A stretch of DNA of 64,000 nt from Anthoceros angustus (taxonomy: Eukaryota > Plantae > Anthocerotophyta). Shown piece after piece: positions 39,718 through 52,500 of the stretch (the first letter of the stretch is position 1; each line of letters opens with the position of its first letter). Both the position numbers and the translations under genes were made by a program. The DNA is taken from the NCBI GenBank assembly GCA_010909165.1, contig MU008161.1, forward strand, positions 496,001-560,000, in the 5' to 3' direction. The notes beneath the pieces are model-generated. The model was not told where the DNA came from and made no database searches. It saw only the letters and a list, made by a program, of their open reading frames with translations.

Positions 39718-41339
39718 TCATCTGCGTCGTCGAGCTTTCCGTCTACACTCGAAACAAGCAGCAGAGCGCTTATCTGTGACACAATCCAATCGAACATCTG
39801 GATCTGGCTCAATATTCTGGCCACCGGACTTGAGAGAACGAAGTATAACAGCATGCTCGTCCTTCAAGTCTTCAATTTGCTTCTGATGTCTGAGAAGCTG
39901 CACAGAGTAAAGTTAAAATCTGCTGCAGATAATGGCTTGGCCAAGTACCATGACATCTTGATACTCACTGTGCGAAGGATCTCATTCTCTGTTCGCAATG
40001 CCTCCATCTGAAAGATAAACAACAAGGGGTTGGTGCTTCGTCTGGCGAAACTAGGCCAAAAATGTCCAACTGTTAGACAGGAACAGACACCCACCTGGGA
40101 AATGTCAGTCTTGGTTTCAGAAACTTTTGAAGTCTCCTCGAGGCTGCTTCTGCTGGAACTTCTACTGAGCAAGCTGCTGGGGCTCGTATGCTCTCTCTCT
40201 GACTCTGGTGTAGCTGAGAAGGCTTGGACCAGTGGAGAAGATTGTAGGTTGCTGATCACAGCATTGTGTGCATTTCTTGGACTATCCTCCCCAGATACAT
40301 GGAGATTCCCATCCACTCGGAACCGACTGGCTAGCGCTTCAAGTCTGTTCTGAAAGAGGAAAGACCACAGCAATCTCGTTGATAAGGTGTATTTTCTAGA
40401 CGCATGCGCCCAGGTGCTGGACACACAAATTGAACTGGGCAAGACCGCAGCAGCAGGCTGTGCAACACAAAAGGAGACCTGAAGAAACAGCATAAGTTGT
40501 TGCGACACTCCAGGTTTCAAGGCTATACCTGTCAGCAATAGAAGTGTCCTGTCAAACATTCTCCTCAACTTCCCAACGTCTATGCATGAAGTGGAGGAAC
40601 TCGAGAACAGCTCAGACAACACCATCAGTAGGGCAACTGTCCATTGCCACAGCAAAGATGAGCGCATTGACTAAATGCTGCACGCTCATTCACTTACAGT
40701 CTAGTAGACAAAGCTCAAGTACATCGCTTACCAGCACCAAAACCATATCCAACTCCTACTCCACATCCAACACCAGCTTCCAGGTTCTTGATTCCTGACC
40801 GCTTTATCTGCCACAGCTCAGAAGCAGCGACAACGACATTGTCACGTACCCACAGTCTGCAGAATAGAAGCAGTCAAAAAAATAGAGAAACCTATCCATG
40901 CTGCCCCCACCAGTCTCTGGACTTGGTAGCCAGTGTTTCCAAATGAGCTAGTGAGGCCCCCGCTGCCGGACAAGGCTTGCCCAATAACCGGTACTTGCCC
41001 TGGGATTGAATGCAAGAAAAATAAGGCAAGAAAGAGGGCACCCAACAAATTACCGTATCCAAGGTTCACGCAGCTACCAGCATCAAGCATCAACCAAGCG
41101 TCGACTAAGCATCATCCACCATGCAGCTACCACCATCAAGCATCGACCAACCACCAGCATCAAGTAGTACCTAAGTTGATAGGTCGGCCTACACCGATAC
41201 CAACACCACAACCAATTCCGAAACCGGTCATGACCTGCCCAATTCGTAGCACGAATGGATTGCGGAAATGTAGCCTGAAAGTGTTAGGCTCCACGACCGC
41301 CACGGCCGCTGGCGGCTGGGTGGCCCCGTCAGCCGCCAT
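39718..41339 (-). CDS. Conserved plant Gly-rich protein of unknown function with C-terminal coiled coil and CxxC; multi-exon
   Basis: Spliced minus-strand reading MAADGATQ...NPFVLRIGQVMTGFGIGCGVGIGVGRPINLG...KNLEAGVGCGVGVGYGFGAGIALKPG...LRTENEILRT...LRHQKQIEDL...CFECRRKARRRR; GT-AG boundaries. Confidence 0.8.
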
Positions 41340-41607
41340 GCTGTGGCGCTCGTAACGGGAGTGAAACTTTAACAGACGATGTCCCCAAGATGGAACAGCT
41401 CAGTCTACCACGCTACCGTTTCGGAACTTGACACTACCGACACGTACACGGAATACCCGTTTCAGCGTTGTCCTTACCGACGCGTGTTGCTGGTCTGGGC
41501 CAGCCAAGCGAGCAGTCGCCACCTCAGCCCTCCCTTACATATCTTCGCGTCAATTGCACAACGCTGGCGCGGTGAGGACACCAAAATCTAGATAACACGA
41601 TCTCATC

Positions 41608-42294
41608 ATGCATCTGCAGGGTGGAAGGAGGGCGCTGGGTGCAGGGGTTTTTTCCGTCTTCTTGTTGCTGCAATTGCATGCGGCGATGGCGGAAAACCTG
41701 GTGGGAGGCAGAGCCCCGGTGTCGAATGCGGAGAACAGTTTGGAGATGGAGGATCTAGCCGAATTCGCGGTGGCGGAGCACAATCTCAAGGGCGTGGGGA
41801 GGCTGTGCTTCTCCAAGGTATTGTCGGCGCAGCAGCAAGTGGTGCAAGGCATCATGTACTACCTGACGTTGGAGGCGGTGCCGGAAGGGAAGAACGGTGA
41901 GCACGAGGTGTGGGAGGCCAAGGTGTGGTGCAAGCCCTGGGAGAAGTCGAGGCAGTTGCAGGACTTCAAGTTCCTGCGCAAGCGGAGCGGCAACGGGGGA
42001 GCGTGCGTCCCGGAGGAGAACAGGCACGGTCTGCGCCGGGTTCGCAACGACGATCCTGCAGTGCAGGAGGCCGCCGAGCAGGCGCTCAAGTCCTTGCAGC
42101 AGAGGTCCAACTCTCTGGTACCTTACGAACTGCAGCATGTGGTGTCGGCCCATGCTGAGGCAGGCGAGAATCTCACCAAATTTGAATTGCTACTTAGAGT
42201 GAAGAGGTCTTTCGAGCAAAATGTCAGGGCGGAGCTACAGAGAACTGCAGAAGGAGTGTGGAGCGTAAAGGCCCTAACCGAGAATCCTCATTGA
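41608..42294 (+). CDS. C-terminally extended two-domain phytocystatin with signal peptide, intronless
   Basis: LAEFAVAEHN, QQVVQG, KPW in domain 1; SNSL legumain-inhibitory motif in domain 2. Confidence 0.93.
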   Translation: MHLQGGRRALGAGVFSVFLLLQLHAAMAENLVGGRAPVSNAENSLEMEDLAEFAVAEHNLKGVGRLCFSKVLSAQQQVVQGIMYYLTLEAVPEGKNGEHEVWEAKVWCKPWEKSRQLQDFKFLRKRSGNGGACVPEENRHGLRRVRNDDPAVQEAAEQALKSLQQRSNSLVPYELQHVVSAHAEAGENLTKFELLLRVKRSFEQNVRAELQRTAEGVWSVKALTENPH

Positions 42295-43372
42295 GAGGAT
42301 CATCTCCAGCTAGACAGGGTTTCGGTCTCAGACTAATGCAATTTGCACTCTGATGTACATACTGAGTCAGAAATTCTAGGCTCATTTTGGTAGGGTTCAA
42401 CGACAGCATTGTGAGGGGATACTAGAGAGTTGTCACCCTAACCAGACTACCTGTCACTCCTCGCCTCTGTAGGAAGCTTTGAAATTTGAATAAGGTAGAG
42501 GTGTGGAATACACGTCAGTGGTGGCCGCAGCTAGCTGGTTACCGGCGCGGTCGACGACTCTCTGCAGGACGTTGGCGCGCCTGAACCGGCTAGTAATGCT
42601 CTCATAGACGAGTGCCGGTCACATAAGGGCCTGCACGGATGCAGTTTTAAATTGCAAAATAAAAGGCAGTTACATTCTTACAAATCTCACAAGGTTTTAG
42701 AGGTCCCCGGGCACAATGCAGTCCGGGAATGTCACGGATGCCGCCTCACGGCGGACTAAAACGAGAACGTTCTGCAACCACATGCAAAACAGTTTCATGT
42801 AGATTGCATAGTGGGGTCTTTTTAGCGTACACCTATCCCAATCATCACCGTCGCGGCAGACTGGCAGCCCTCGTCAGTGAATTCTCCCTTTGCCGAGTGT
42901 CTGTTAGCTGCTGGGCAACAGAAGATGATGGTCTGTGTCTCTCCTCTTTGCCCGGGGGACCTGAGATATTCGACCTTGACTTCCTGTCCGATTTTGGAGA
43001 AAGGGGACGGCCACTTCGCCCCTCGCTGGTGGTCGGAGGTGCGACACTTTGTTGGCTGACGTACATCTTCCTTGAACCTGGTACAAAGAAACCGCTCTTT
43101 GGATCATAAGCCATACAAACACAAAAATCGTTCTTGGTATCATCCATCAACTGTCATAGTCGGGGTTCCCAAGTGTCATACGCATGCACCTACATACGAA
43201 GGATACTCAAGCAGTCTGACTCGCATTTAGTGTCCTCTCACTAACCCTGCGCTGTGCTCAAGCATTGTCACCGATCGTTGGAATCTCCAAAAGAGTTTCA
43301 TGACTCACACACACCTTCATTGTGGCTCATAATTCCTGAAAATGAGACTCTCCTCTGGAAAAACCAACAACT

Positions 43373-46300
43373 TCATTGAGCATTGAGACCTTCTCTTCCG
43401 GCTGAGGAGCAATTCACATCTGTACTTCGTTCACGCCAGCCATTTTCCAAACCTCACTTTGCTGCGTACATCAAGATTTGGAATTGTAGACAATATGTCT
43501 TACAATGGGGGCCGTAAAGTGACTTACCCATGCTGTCGTCAGGCCTGCTGGTGAAAATAGGTTTCAGAAAATTCTCGTCGATCACAGTGAAGGAAGTGCT
43601 GCCATCAAGAAAGCAGTCCGCTAGTAATGAGTATCAAGTGCACAAATACAGCATCTGGAGACCAAGGAAACCTCTCAGGATCACTACAAGGAGCATCCAG
43701 CTACCTCCGCCGAAGCTCCTGAAACTTCTTATGTAAAGCATGAGGAGGGCTGGCCCCGTCACTTTCGTTATCATAGGAGCTCAAAGGTAAGCTTTCCTCG
43801 TGTAGACCCTGTTACGTAACATGAGACAGCTCAGCTCACTTAAGCCAGCTTCCCTTTGGATTCGTACTGCAAACCAGCTTTGCATTAGAGCACATCAGAG
43901 GAAAAGCACTTGCAAAGGACCAAACCTCTCCACCTCCCATATTTTGACCCTCCCCGGTGGCCACTTCCAGCTTCTCCAGCATTGTGGATGTCGAACCGCC
44001 AATGGCAAGAACCTAAAGTGACCACCATATATCAGAGATTGAACAGATCCTCAGGAAAATTGGATCAGAAAGAAGTCAACAGACATCTGACCGTCAAAAT
44101 GACTACAGATGTTGTCGTGGTGAAGATTGTCCCTCCAGGACCTAAACCTAGGTCATGCTTTGACTGCAAAGCTAGTGCGAATGCCATAGCACCTCTCAAT
44201 CCTGTCCATTGAATCACAACACATTACTAGTACTTCCATTAATGAAACGCAAACAGGTAAATTCGACAAAAACGTAGAAGACTTCACAAATCATTGGACA
44301 TAACATTCCCACTGTGCGTGCTTACCACTAAACCACAGAGCCTTCTGATGTTTCAAGGGAATTCGCCTGGATGCGGGGCGTAGCAAGTTCACAAGGTATG
44401 CAGACGGGAATACATTTGCAGCCCTGAAAACCAAACCAACACCACATCACGTATCTTTTTAGCAAAAACTGCACCGGCTAGCTGCGTCACCATGGCTGCA
44501 ACCACCCCACATACACATGCTAAACAAACACCACCCAATGCTCAGATCACTTGCAGAACGACGGTGTCTTCATACCTTGCTACGAGGATTGCAACCTGAA
44601 CATCACGATATTCTGTCAAAGAGACAAAATCGGTACTTTTGAGAGTTGAGCTGAAAGAAATGACAAACATAACTTGATAGCAAAGGATACCATGGCAAAG
44701 AGAATAAATCCAACATGTGACCAGCTGTGCTTTTCAATTGCTATATCAGCACCCATGTATATAAAGCTGCAAAAAGTAAAACAACTCTTTGGTTCAAAAG
44801 GCATCATGCTTGTATTAAAGCAGTTATAACCCAGCAAATAACCACCGGAACATTTGAAAGAGTTGAAGGACCCCCAGGACGCACACAAACGTTTCAGCCA
44901 GTGATGATATAAGCTGGAAAAACCCTGCTGTGAATACTTGCGCGTTTTCAGAGAGATTTGGTAGCGTGTAATGTTTCATTGTCTGCAGAGATAGCAGCTT
45001 AACTCAGGACCAAGACCATCACACCTCATCATGGAAAATGGAATTGCAGAACCTTGCAACAAGAGGTGCACTGTAGTTCGTGACTCACAATTCCACAAAA
45101 GAGTATGGAAACTATTCCTGAAAGACCAACCGATTCGGCAACCATGTATCTGCAGTCACAGAGCCTGCTAGTGAGTCCCAAAAATGCAAGAAACACCTCC
45201 TATGATTCTTAATAGCTTTTATGATCAAAAGACCAGCGTTAATAGGTGTTCCAAGTTGCTTGCTGGCTTACGAGAAGTAAGGGAAGAGCACAATTAGACA
45301 GCATTCCAGATTCTGAAGGCTGCACACAAAAAGCACATCTTCCACTTAGCACGGCGCTCACTTCAGCGGAACAAGAACTGAATTAGATTCCAGGACACTG
45401 CATCATGAGCAGTCTATAGCACCAAATTTCTTCTGGCTTCAAAGCATATGCATGTAGAAGAGAGGCAAATGGAAGTGGAACAGCACCTACTTGTTCACAG
45501 CCAGCCCCGCATACTTGAACAAGTGCTCTTTAGTCAAGGCTTTCAAATTGTGGTAAGTACAACCACCTCAGCCCAAGGTATAAATGAAACGGAAGGTACA
45601 GCTATTAGCTTAGAAGGATATTAGAGCACAGATCAGCGCAACTCCAACACCTACACAATTCAGGTACAGACGATTAGCTACTACTCGAACTTGGAGGTCA
45701 TAGCAGCAGGACAGTTCCACCCTATTGAGTTCCACCAAACCATAGAAGGACCCACACCGACAAACAATGCTGGCTGAAATCAACACAAAAACATTTGAAC
45801 AGTAGAGTTTTAGGACCTGCAGACATTGATCCGACAAAAGTTTCCATAAATCTCCAAATCAACAAAGGTATCCCATGGGACGCACTGGGTTGCTTGTGGA
45901 CCAACATCAAGGTTCTGCAATATCACAGAATGGTGAACAAGTCAGGCAGCACAATCGAAAGCAAGAATTGAATGTGCTGCGCAGACAGTCCACCTTCTTC
46001 ACTGAGGCAAATGAGGAAGTACACATGATTCTCTTGAGGAGATTCTGAGATAATCACCTGTACAATGACATTGCCACCTGCAGAAAGAAGCACACCACCA
46101 TCAGCTTGTGAGAAGTGCGTTTCAACTTACATTCTACCTAAGAGCAAGTCCTGATAACAGAGGCAACCAATCAGATTAGTATACATACCGCATCGTTCAA
46201 AACAGACTCGCCGAATACCAACGCATAAAGATTAGTGTCGATTCCTAGCTCCTGGAAAAAAAATTCATGGGGTCAACTGCAAATTCCAGATCAACCTCAA

Positions 46301-47487
46301 GCCACAGGACAACTTTTGAGGCTACATTGCCAGCATAAAGAAACGTCCTCCACAGAAAAGGTAAGGCACCTGGAAAATAGCAAGGACTGTAACAGGGTCT
46401 GTTGCTGATATGATAGATCCAAAGATCATGCTTTCAAAAAATGTCAGCTTGTAGATGAGATACAACACGCCTCCCAACCAGCTGGAATTGAAACCGTATA
46501 ACACGATTACAAACTGCAAGCCACGCTGCTACAGACAAATTTCTTCTCCTGTGGAACTTCCCATGCAAGCCACAACGCATTCAAACCGGCATCCACTAAA
46601 GTTGCAATTTCTTACACTAAGATCCCTGTCACCATTGCAGCGACAAAAGTGCCCAGAATGGCGATAACACATATGGCTCCAAAGTTGGAAAAAAATGGTT
46701 TCTGCACACATGTTCACATGTAGGTGAGACCTTCAGAGAACAGATCAAATACGCAGGTTCTCACATCAGATGTAAGAATCTCACAACCGTACAAAAACAA
46801 TCATACCGGTCGAAGGCTAAAGCCAGATTCGGTGCCACATTGCTTGTCAAGGCCACAACATATTTTTCGAAACCCGGTCCCGGACTTCAACAGCTCAGGA
46901 GCAAGAAAATTCAGCTAGCACATTTTATGCTCAAAGGATATAATATAATCGGAGGAAGTAGAAAAAAGAAGAAGAAATCCTCGTGGAAGTTGAACCAATC
47001 TCTGCCAATCCAGGACAGCGGTAAGACACGTGAATGCCGCTGATCCTCTAATGCAGACCAGAACCGGATGCCGGTGTCACAACCTGAAACGGTCCTCTGT
47101 ATTCGAGAAATTCGCTAGCATACCCGCACAAAGGCCTGCGACAACACAGGAAGGACAATGAAGCACGTGCCTACTAGTCGCACGCTCCAACTCTCCACTT
47201 CTCCGGCAAATCTAACCACTAAAGCTACAGAGACTGTTCCCAATTCCCCCACGGTAACCCAGACACAGCGTCCGAACTTGGCAAAGGTAGCGAACCACAC
47301 CAATGATAAGAGCCGCGCTGGCTTCGTGAAGATAGTGAAACTTATGCCGCCTTAAAACGTGGCCCATCACAAATGCCAGCACCAGCATCAATATCTGCAA
47401 CAAAATGCTGACACTCGCAATCTGCTGCGGGTCGACCAACTTTGCGACAGGCTCAATTCCCGTCCGAATCAACGTCTCTTCTTCCAT
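43373..47487 (-). CDS. NHX6: Endosomal Na+/H+ antiporter, NHX5/6-like, ~20 exons including three U12-type introns; last exon tentative
   Basis: [118 protein letters not shown]. Confidence 0.93.
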
Positions 47488-48939
47488 TCCCTGCCCCCGG
47501 AACTCCTGCTGCAGTGAGACAGAAAAGGCGAAAAACCTCATGACCAACTCTTCCCCGCCACACATCCTGCTCCATGGCAAGCTCCAAGAATAAGCACAAA
47601 TCTGACCACACCGTACGCTAATTCTCCAGCTTCGAGCATTCAACGGCTCCCACTTCCCGTCCCCAGCTTCTCAGCTGCCGGATACCGAGATTGACTATTC
47701 TGACTTGCTGTGACCGCAGAATTGCGCAATTCTGACGTTACAAGGCACCCCTAACAGCCGGATCGCACCGCTCCAAGATGCCGCCTGAGATTGAAGCAAA
47801 CAGCGCCGTCTCCAGCACAGACCATCACCTTACGGCATCCGGGGATGCACGGGACTTGAAAAGCCGGCGCTTGTCTGGTGGCCGGCCTCGGCCAGCTTCC
47901 CTGCTTTCGTGCTCCCCTTCCGCTTCGACATCTGTGTCTTGTTAGATGTGAATTCCGTAACGGACTGCCTATTTGTCTTTTAACTGTGATCAGTGGCAGT
48001 GGCGTGTTATGCACAGATTATATCAAGCTATCCAGACGTATGTAGTTTATATTGGCCAATAATCTTGGCTGGTGTACGGACAGTCCAGCATGTACGCATG
48101 TAGTTGGCCTGTAATGTATGGAATACTAATGTCGTCAGAATGGATATGAAATTCATCAGCGGGCCACTTTTGTACGATAACGTTTTTTAACATTTTTTTT
48201 GAGTATATTGTATACTTAATGCCTCACATCTTCAAGATTCCTCATATTATACATGCCACATCATCCCATATGTGATAGAAAAATTTTTATCACACAACTT
48301 GGTCTCTTGGTGTTGGGATGTTATCACCTCATCCCTATTTTATCTAACATTTATGGTTTTTCTTACATAAATACACATGTTTTTACATAACATGGAACAT
48401 ATTTATGTTTGTTGGACATGTTGGGACCCAGGCATCCGGATCCTCACTCCCATTCGTCGTAAGGTCCAAGTAGACTTCCTGGATGAATGCGATGAATACT
48501 GGCTTCAGCTTGCCATCAGCTTACATGTTCAAGAATGTGTCACCTATACCGGGTACGGGTACGTGAGTCTCCGGTGTGTGTGCCAACAAGATGGCCAACC
48601 AAGATTATGTATTATGTATGAGGGTGCAAACAGAAGAGCAGGCATGCGGGTTTTGCGATCATGCAAGACTTAGATGCATTCAGACCTCGCACAAATATCC
48701 AGGCCTTGCACATGCATCCAACACTACTAGAAAGGGTAGCAGTCATTGTTGAAATTTTATGTGCAATGCTTTGTAGCCATTGTTGGAATTTTATGTTACA
48801 CAGAGTCATGGTTGTCTTGAGTGTTCCATGATTAGAATCAGCCCGGGGATCAACATTTCCGCGAAAGCCAGCCAGTGCTGTTGAAAATGGATTTTCTAGC
48901 GAGGGTCGTGGCTAAGGGACGTTGTGGTCGGAGATCAGG

Positions 48940-49598
48940 CAAAAATGTCAGCTTGTAGATGAGATACAACACGCCTCCCAACCAGCTGGAATTGAAACCG
49001 TATAACACGATTACAAACTGCAAGCCACGCTGCTACAGACAAATTTCTTCTCCTGTGGAACTTCCCATGCAAGCCACAACGCATTCAAACCGGCATCCAC
49101 TAAAGTTGCAATTTCTTACACTAAGATCCCTGTCACCATTGCAGCGACAAAAGTGCCCAGAATGGCGATAACACATATGGCTCCAAAGTTGGAAAAATGG
49201 TTTCTGCACACATGTTCACATGTAGGTGAGACCTTCAGAGAACAGATCAAATACGCAGGTTCTCACATCAGATGTAAGAATCTCACAACCGTACAAAACA
49301 ATCATACCGGTCGAAGGCTAAAGCCAGATTCGGTGCCACATTGCTTGTCAAGGCCACAACATATTTTCGAAACCCGGTCCCGGACTTCAACAGCTCAGGA
49401 GCAAGAAAATTCAGCTAGCACATTTTATGCTCAAAGGATATAATATAATCGGAGGAAGTAGAAAAAGAAGAAGAAATCCTCGTGGAAGTTGAACCAATCT
49501 CTGCCAATCCAGGACAGCGGTAAGACACGTGAATGCCGCTGATCCTCTAATGCAGACCAGAACCGGATGCCGGTGTCACAACCTGAAACGGTCCTCTG
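48940..49598 (-). pseudogene. Duplicated fragment of the NHX gene (copy of 46435-47099, exons plus introns)
   Basis: Near-identical sequence that differs mainly in homopolymer lengths; includes the AT-AC intron. Confidence 0.9.
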
Positions 49599-52500
49599 GT
49601 TGAGCAATTTAAGCAAGCCAGCGCAGTCTGCTGCTCTGGATATGGGGATGGGAACTTTTGTTCCCGACGGGAGATTACTTGGTGAGCTTGACCCAGGAAG
49701 ACTTGCAGCTGAAACCGTGAGCGAGCTATGTCGTGATGGCCATCTTACTGGGGCTGTGGAGGCTTTGGGGGTTCTGGTGCAGACAGACAGTTCTGTTTCC
49801 AAATCTCTGGTGTATGATGTGCTGAAGAAATGTGTAGCTCAGAAGAATGTGGCTCTGGGTCGGCGTGTCCATGCTTTTGCGGTGAGAAAGGGATATGAAT
49901 CAGACACGTTCCTGGGCTTCCACATTCTGCGAATGTATGCTTCTCATGGCAGGTTGCAAGACGCGATGGATGTGTTCGCAGGGGTGGCCAAACCGAATGC
50001 CTTCACGTGGACTGCCATAATTTCTGCAAATGTTCAGCATGGGCAAGAAATTCAGGCTATAGAGTTGTATCATCGGATGCGCAGGTCAGGTGTGGAGCCA
50101 GATGGGCATGTGTTTGTGGCAGCGCTTCAGGCTTGCGCAAGGGGATCAGACTTGAAAACGGGGCAGCAGGTGCATGCTGATATTTTGGCCACTGGGGTTG
50201 AGCCGGAGTTGGTTGTTTGGAATTGCTTGGTGAGCATGTATGCGAAGTGTGGCAGCTTGGAGGATGCTCAGAGAGTGTTTGACGGACTTCGTCATAAAAA
50301 TGCAGTGACGTGGAATGCCTTGATAGCAGGGTATTCCCAGCAGGGCTTGGGGCAGGAGGCTCTGCGTCTCTACAGTGCCATGCGAGAAGAAGGGATCGCT
50401 GTACCCGATTCTGTGACATTTGTGTGCCTCCTGCAGGCATGTGGAAGTATGGGCAGCCCGGCTCTGGGCTGGGGGAAGCAGCTTCATGCACAAATTAGGG
50501 AACAAGGACATCAAGCTGATGTTTTTGTAGGCAGCAGTTTGGTGAACATGTATGCAAAGTGTGGCAGCTTGCAAGATGCTCAGACTGTGTTTGACGGTCT
50601 TGATAAAAAAGGTGTGGTGACTTGGAATGCCCTGATAGCAGGGTATTCGCAGCAGGGCAAGGGCCAGGAAGCCCTTCGCCTGTACAGTGCAATGCAAGAA
50701 GGAGGTGTGGCTGTACCAGATTCAGTGACATTTGTGTCTCTCCTGCAGGCGTGTGCAAGTGTAGGCACCCTAGCTTTGGAGACGGGGAAGCAGCTTCATG
50801 CCCAAATTAGAGAACAAGGACATCAAGCTGATGTATTTGTAGCCAGCAGTTTGGTGAACATGTATGCAAAGTGTGGCAGCTTGGAAGATGCTGGGAGAGT
50901 CTTTGACAGACTTGGTCCAAAAGATGTGGTGACATGGAATGCTATGATTGCAGGGTATTCCCAGCAGGCATGGGGCAGGAAGCCCTTCATCTCTACAGTG
51001 ATATGCAAGACGATGGCTTGGCTGCACCCAATTCTGTGACGTATGTGTGCCTCCTGCAGGCGTGTGCAAGTGTGGTCAGCCCAGCTTTGGAGGTGGGGAA
51101 GCAGCTTCATAGAGAAATTAAAGAACGAGGATATGAATCTGATGTATTTATTGGTAACAGTCTAGTAAACATGTACTCTAAGTGTGGCAGCTTAGAAGAT
51201 GCCCGCAGAGCGTTTGATGGACTTGGTCAAAAGATGTGGTGACATGGACTGCTCTAATTGCAGGGTATTCCCAGCAGGGCAAGGGCCAAAAAGTGTTTAG
51301 TCTCCACAGAGCTATGCAAGAAGAAGGAATCGCTGTACCAAATTCCGTGACATTTGTCTGCCTCCTACAGGCATGTGCGAATTTGGGCAACCCAGCTCTG
51401 GAGAAGGGAAGGGAGCTTCATGCGCAAATTAGAGAACAAGGGCATCAAGCTGATGTTTCTGTAGCCAATTGCTTGGTGAACATGTACGCGAAGTGTGGCA
51501 GTTTAGAAGATGCGCAGAAAGTGTTTGACGAAATTGGTCAAAAAAATGTGGTGACGTGGAATGCCATGATAGCAGGGTATTCCCAGCATGGCATGGGCCT
51601 GGAAGCCCTGGATCTGTACAGTGCTATGCTAGAAGAAGGAATCACCACACCTGATTCTGTTTCATTGATGTGCCTCGTACAGGCATGTGCAAGTGTGGGC
51701 ACCCCAGCTTTGGAGAAAGGGAAGCAGCTTCATGCCAAAATAAGAGAACAAGGACTTCAAGCTGATTCATTTGTAGCTAGCAGTTTGGTGAACATGTATG
51801 CGAAGTGTGGCAGCTTGGAAGATGCCCAGAAAGTGTTTAACGGTCTTGGTCAGAAGGATGTTGTGACGTGGACTGCTCTAATTGCGGGGTATTCGCAGCA
51901 GGCATGGGCCAGGAAGCCCTTTCTCTCTACAGTGATATGCAAGACGATGGCTTGGCTGCACCCAATTCTGTGACATTTGTGTGCCTACAGGCATGTGCAA
52001 GTGTGGGCACCCCAGCTTTGGAGGTGGGAAGCAGCTTCATGCACAAATTAGGGAACAAGGACATCAAGCTGATGTTTTTGTAGGCAGCAGTTTGGTGAAC
52101 ATGTATGCAAAGTGTGGCAGCTTGCAAGATGCTCAGACTGTGTTTGACGGTCTTGATAAAAAAGGTGTGGTGACTTGGAATGCCCTGATAGCAGGGTATT
52201 CCCAGCAGGGCATGGGCCAGGAAGCCCTTCATCTCTACAGTGATATGCAAGACGATGGCTTGGCTGCACCCAATTCTGTGACATTTGTGTGCCTCCTGCA
52301 GGCATGTGCCATTGTGGGCACCCCTGCTTTGGAGATAGGGGATCAGCTTCATATGCTAATCAGAGAACGAGGGTATCAAGCTGATGTGTTTGTATCCAGC
52401 AGTTTGGTGAACATGTATGCGAAGTGTGGCAGCTTGGAAAACGCTCAGAAAGTGTTTGAGGGACTTGGTCAGAAAAATGTGGTAACGTATAATGCTATGA

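Noticed and set aside
42845-43190. 101-aa minus-strand ORF downstream of NHX
   Set aside because: No recognisable family and an in-frame stop just upstream; more likely 3' UTR or an alternative terminal exon
48722-48904. CACTACTAGAAA upstream of the duplicated NHX fragment, suggesting Pack-CACTA capture
   Set aside because: The only partial partner (TTTCTAG at ~48895) lies before the fragment; no TIR after it
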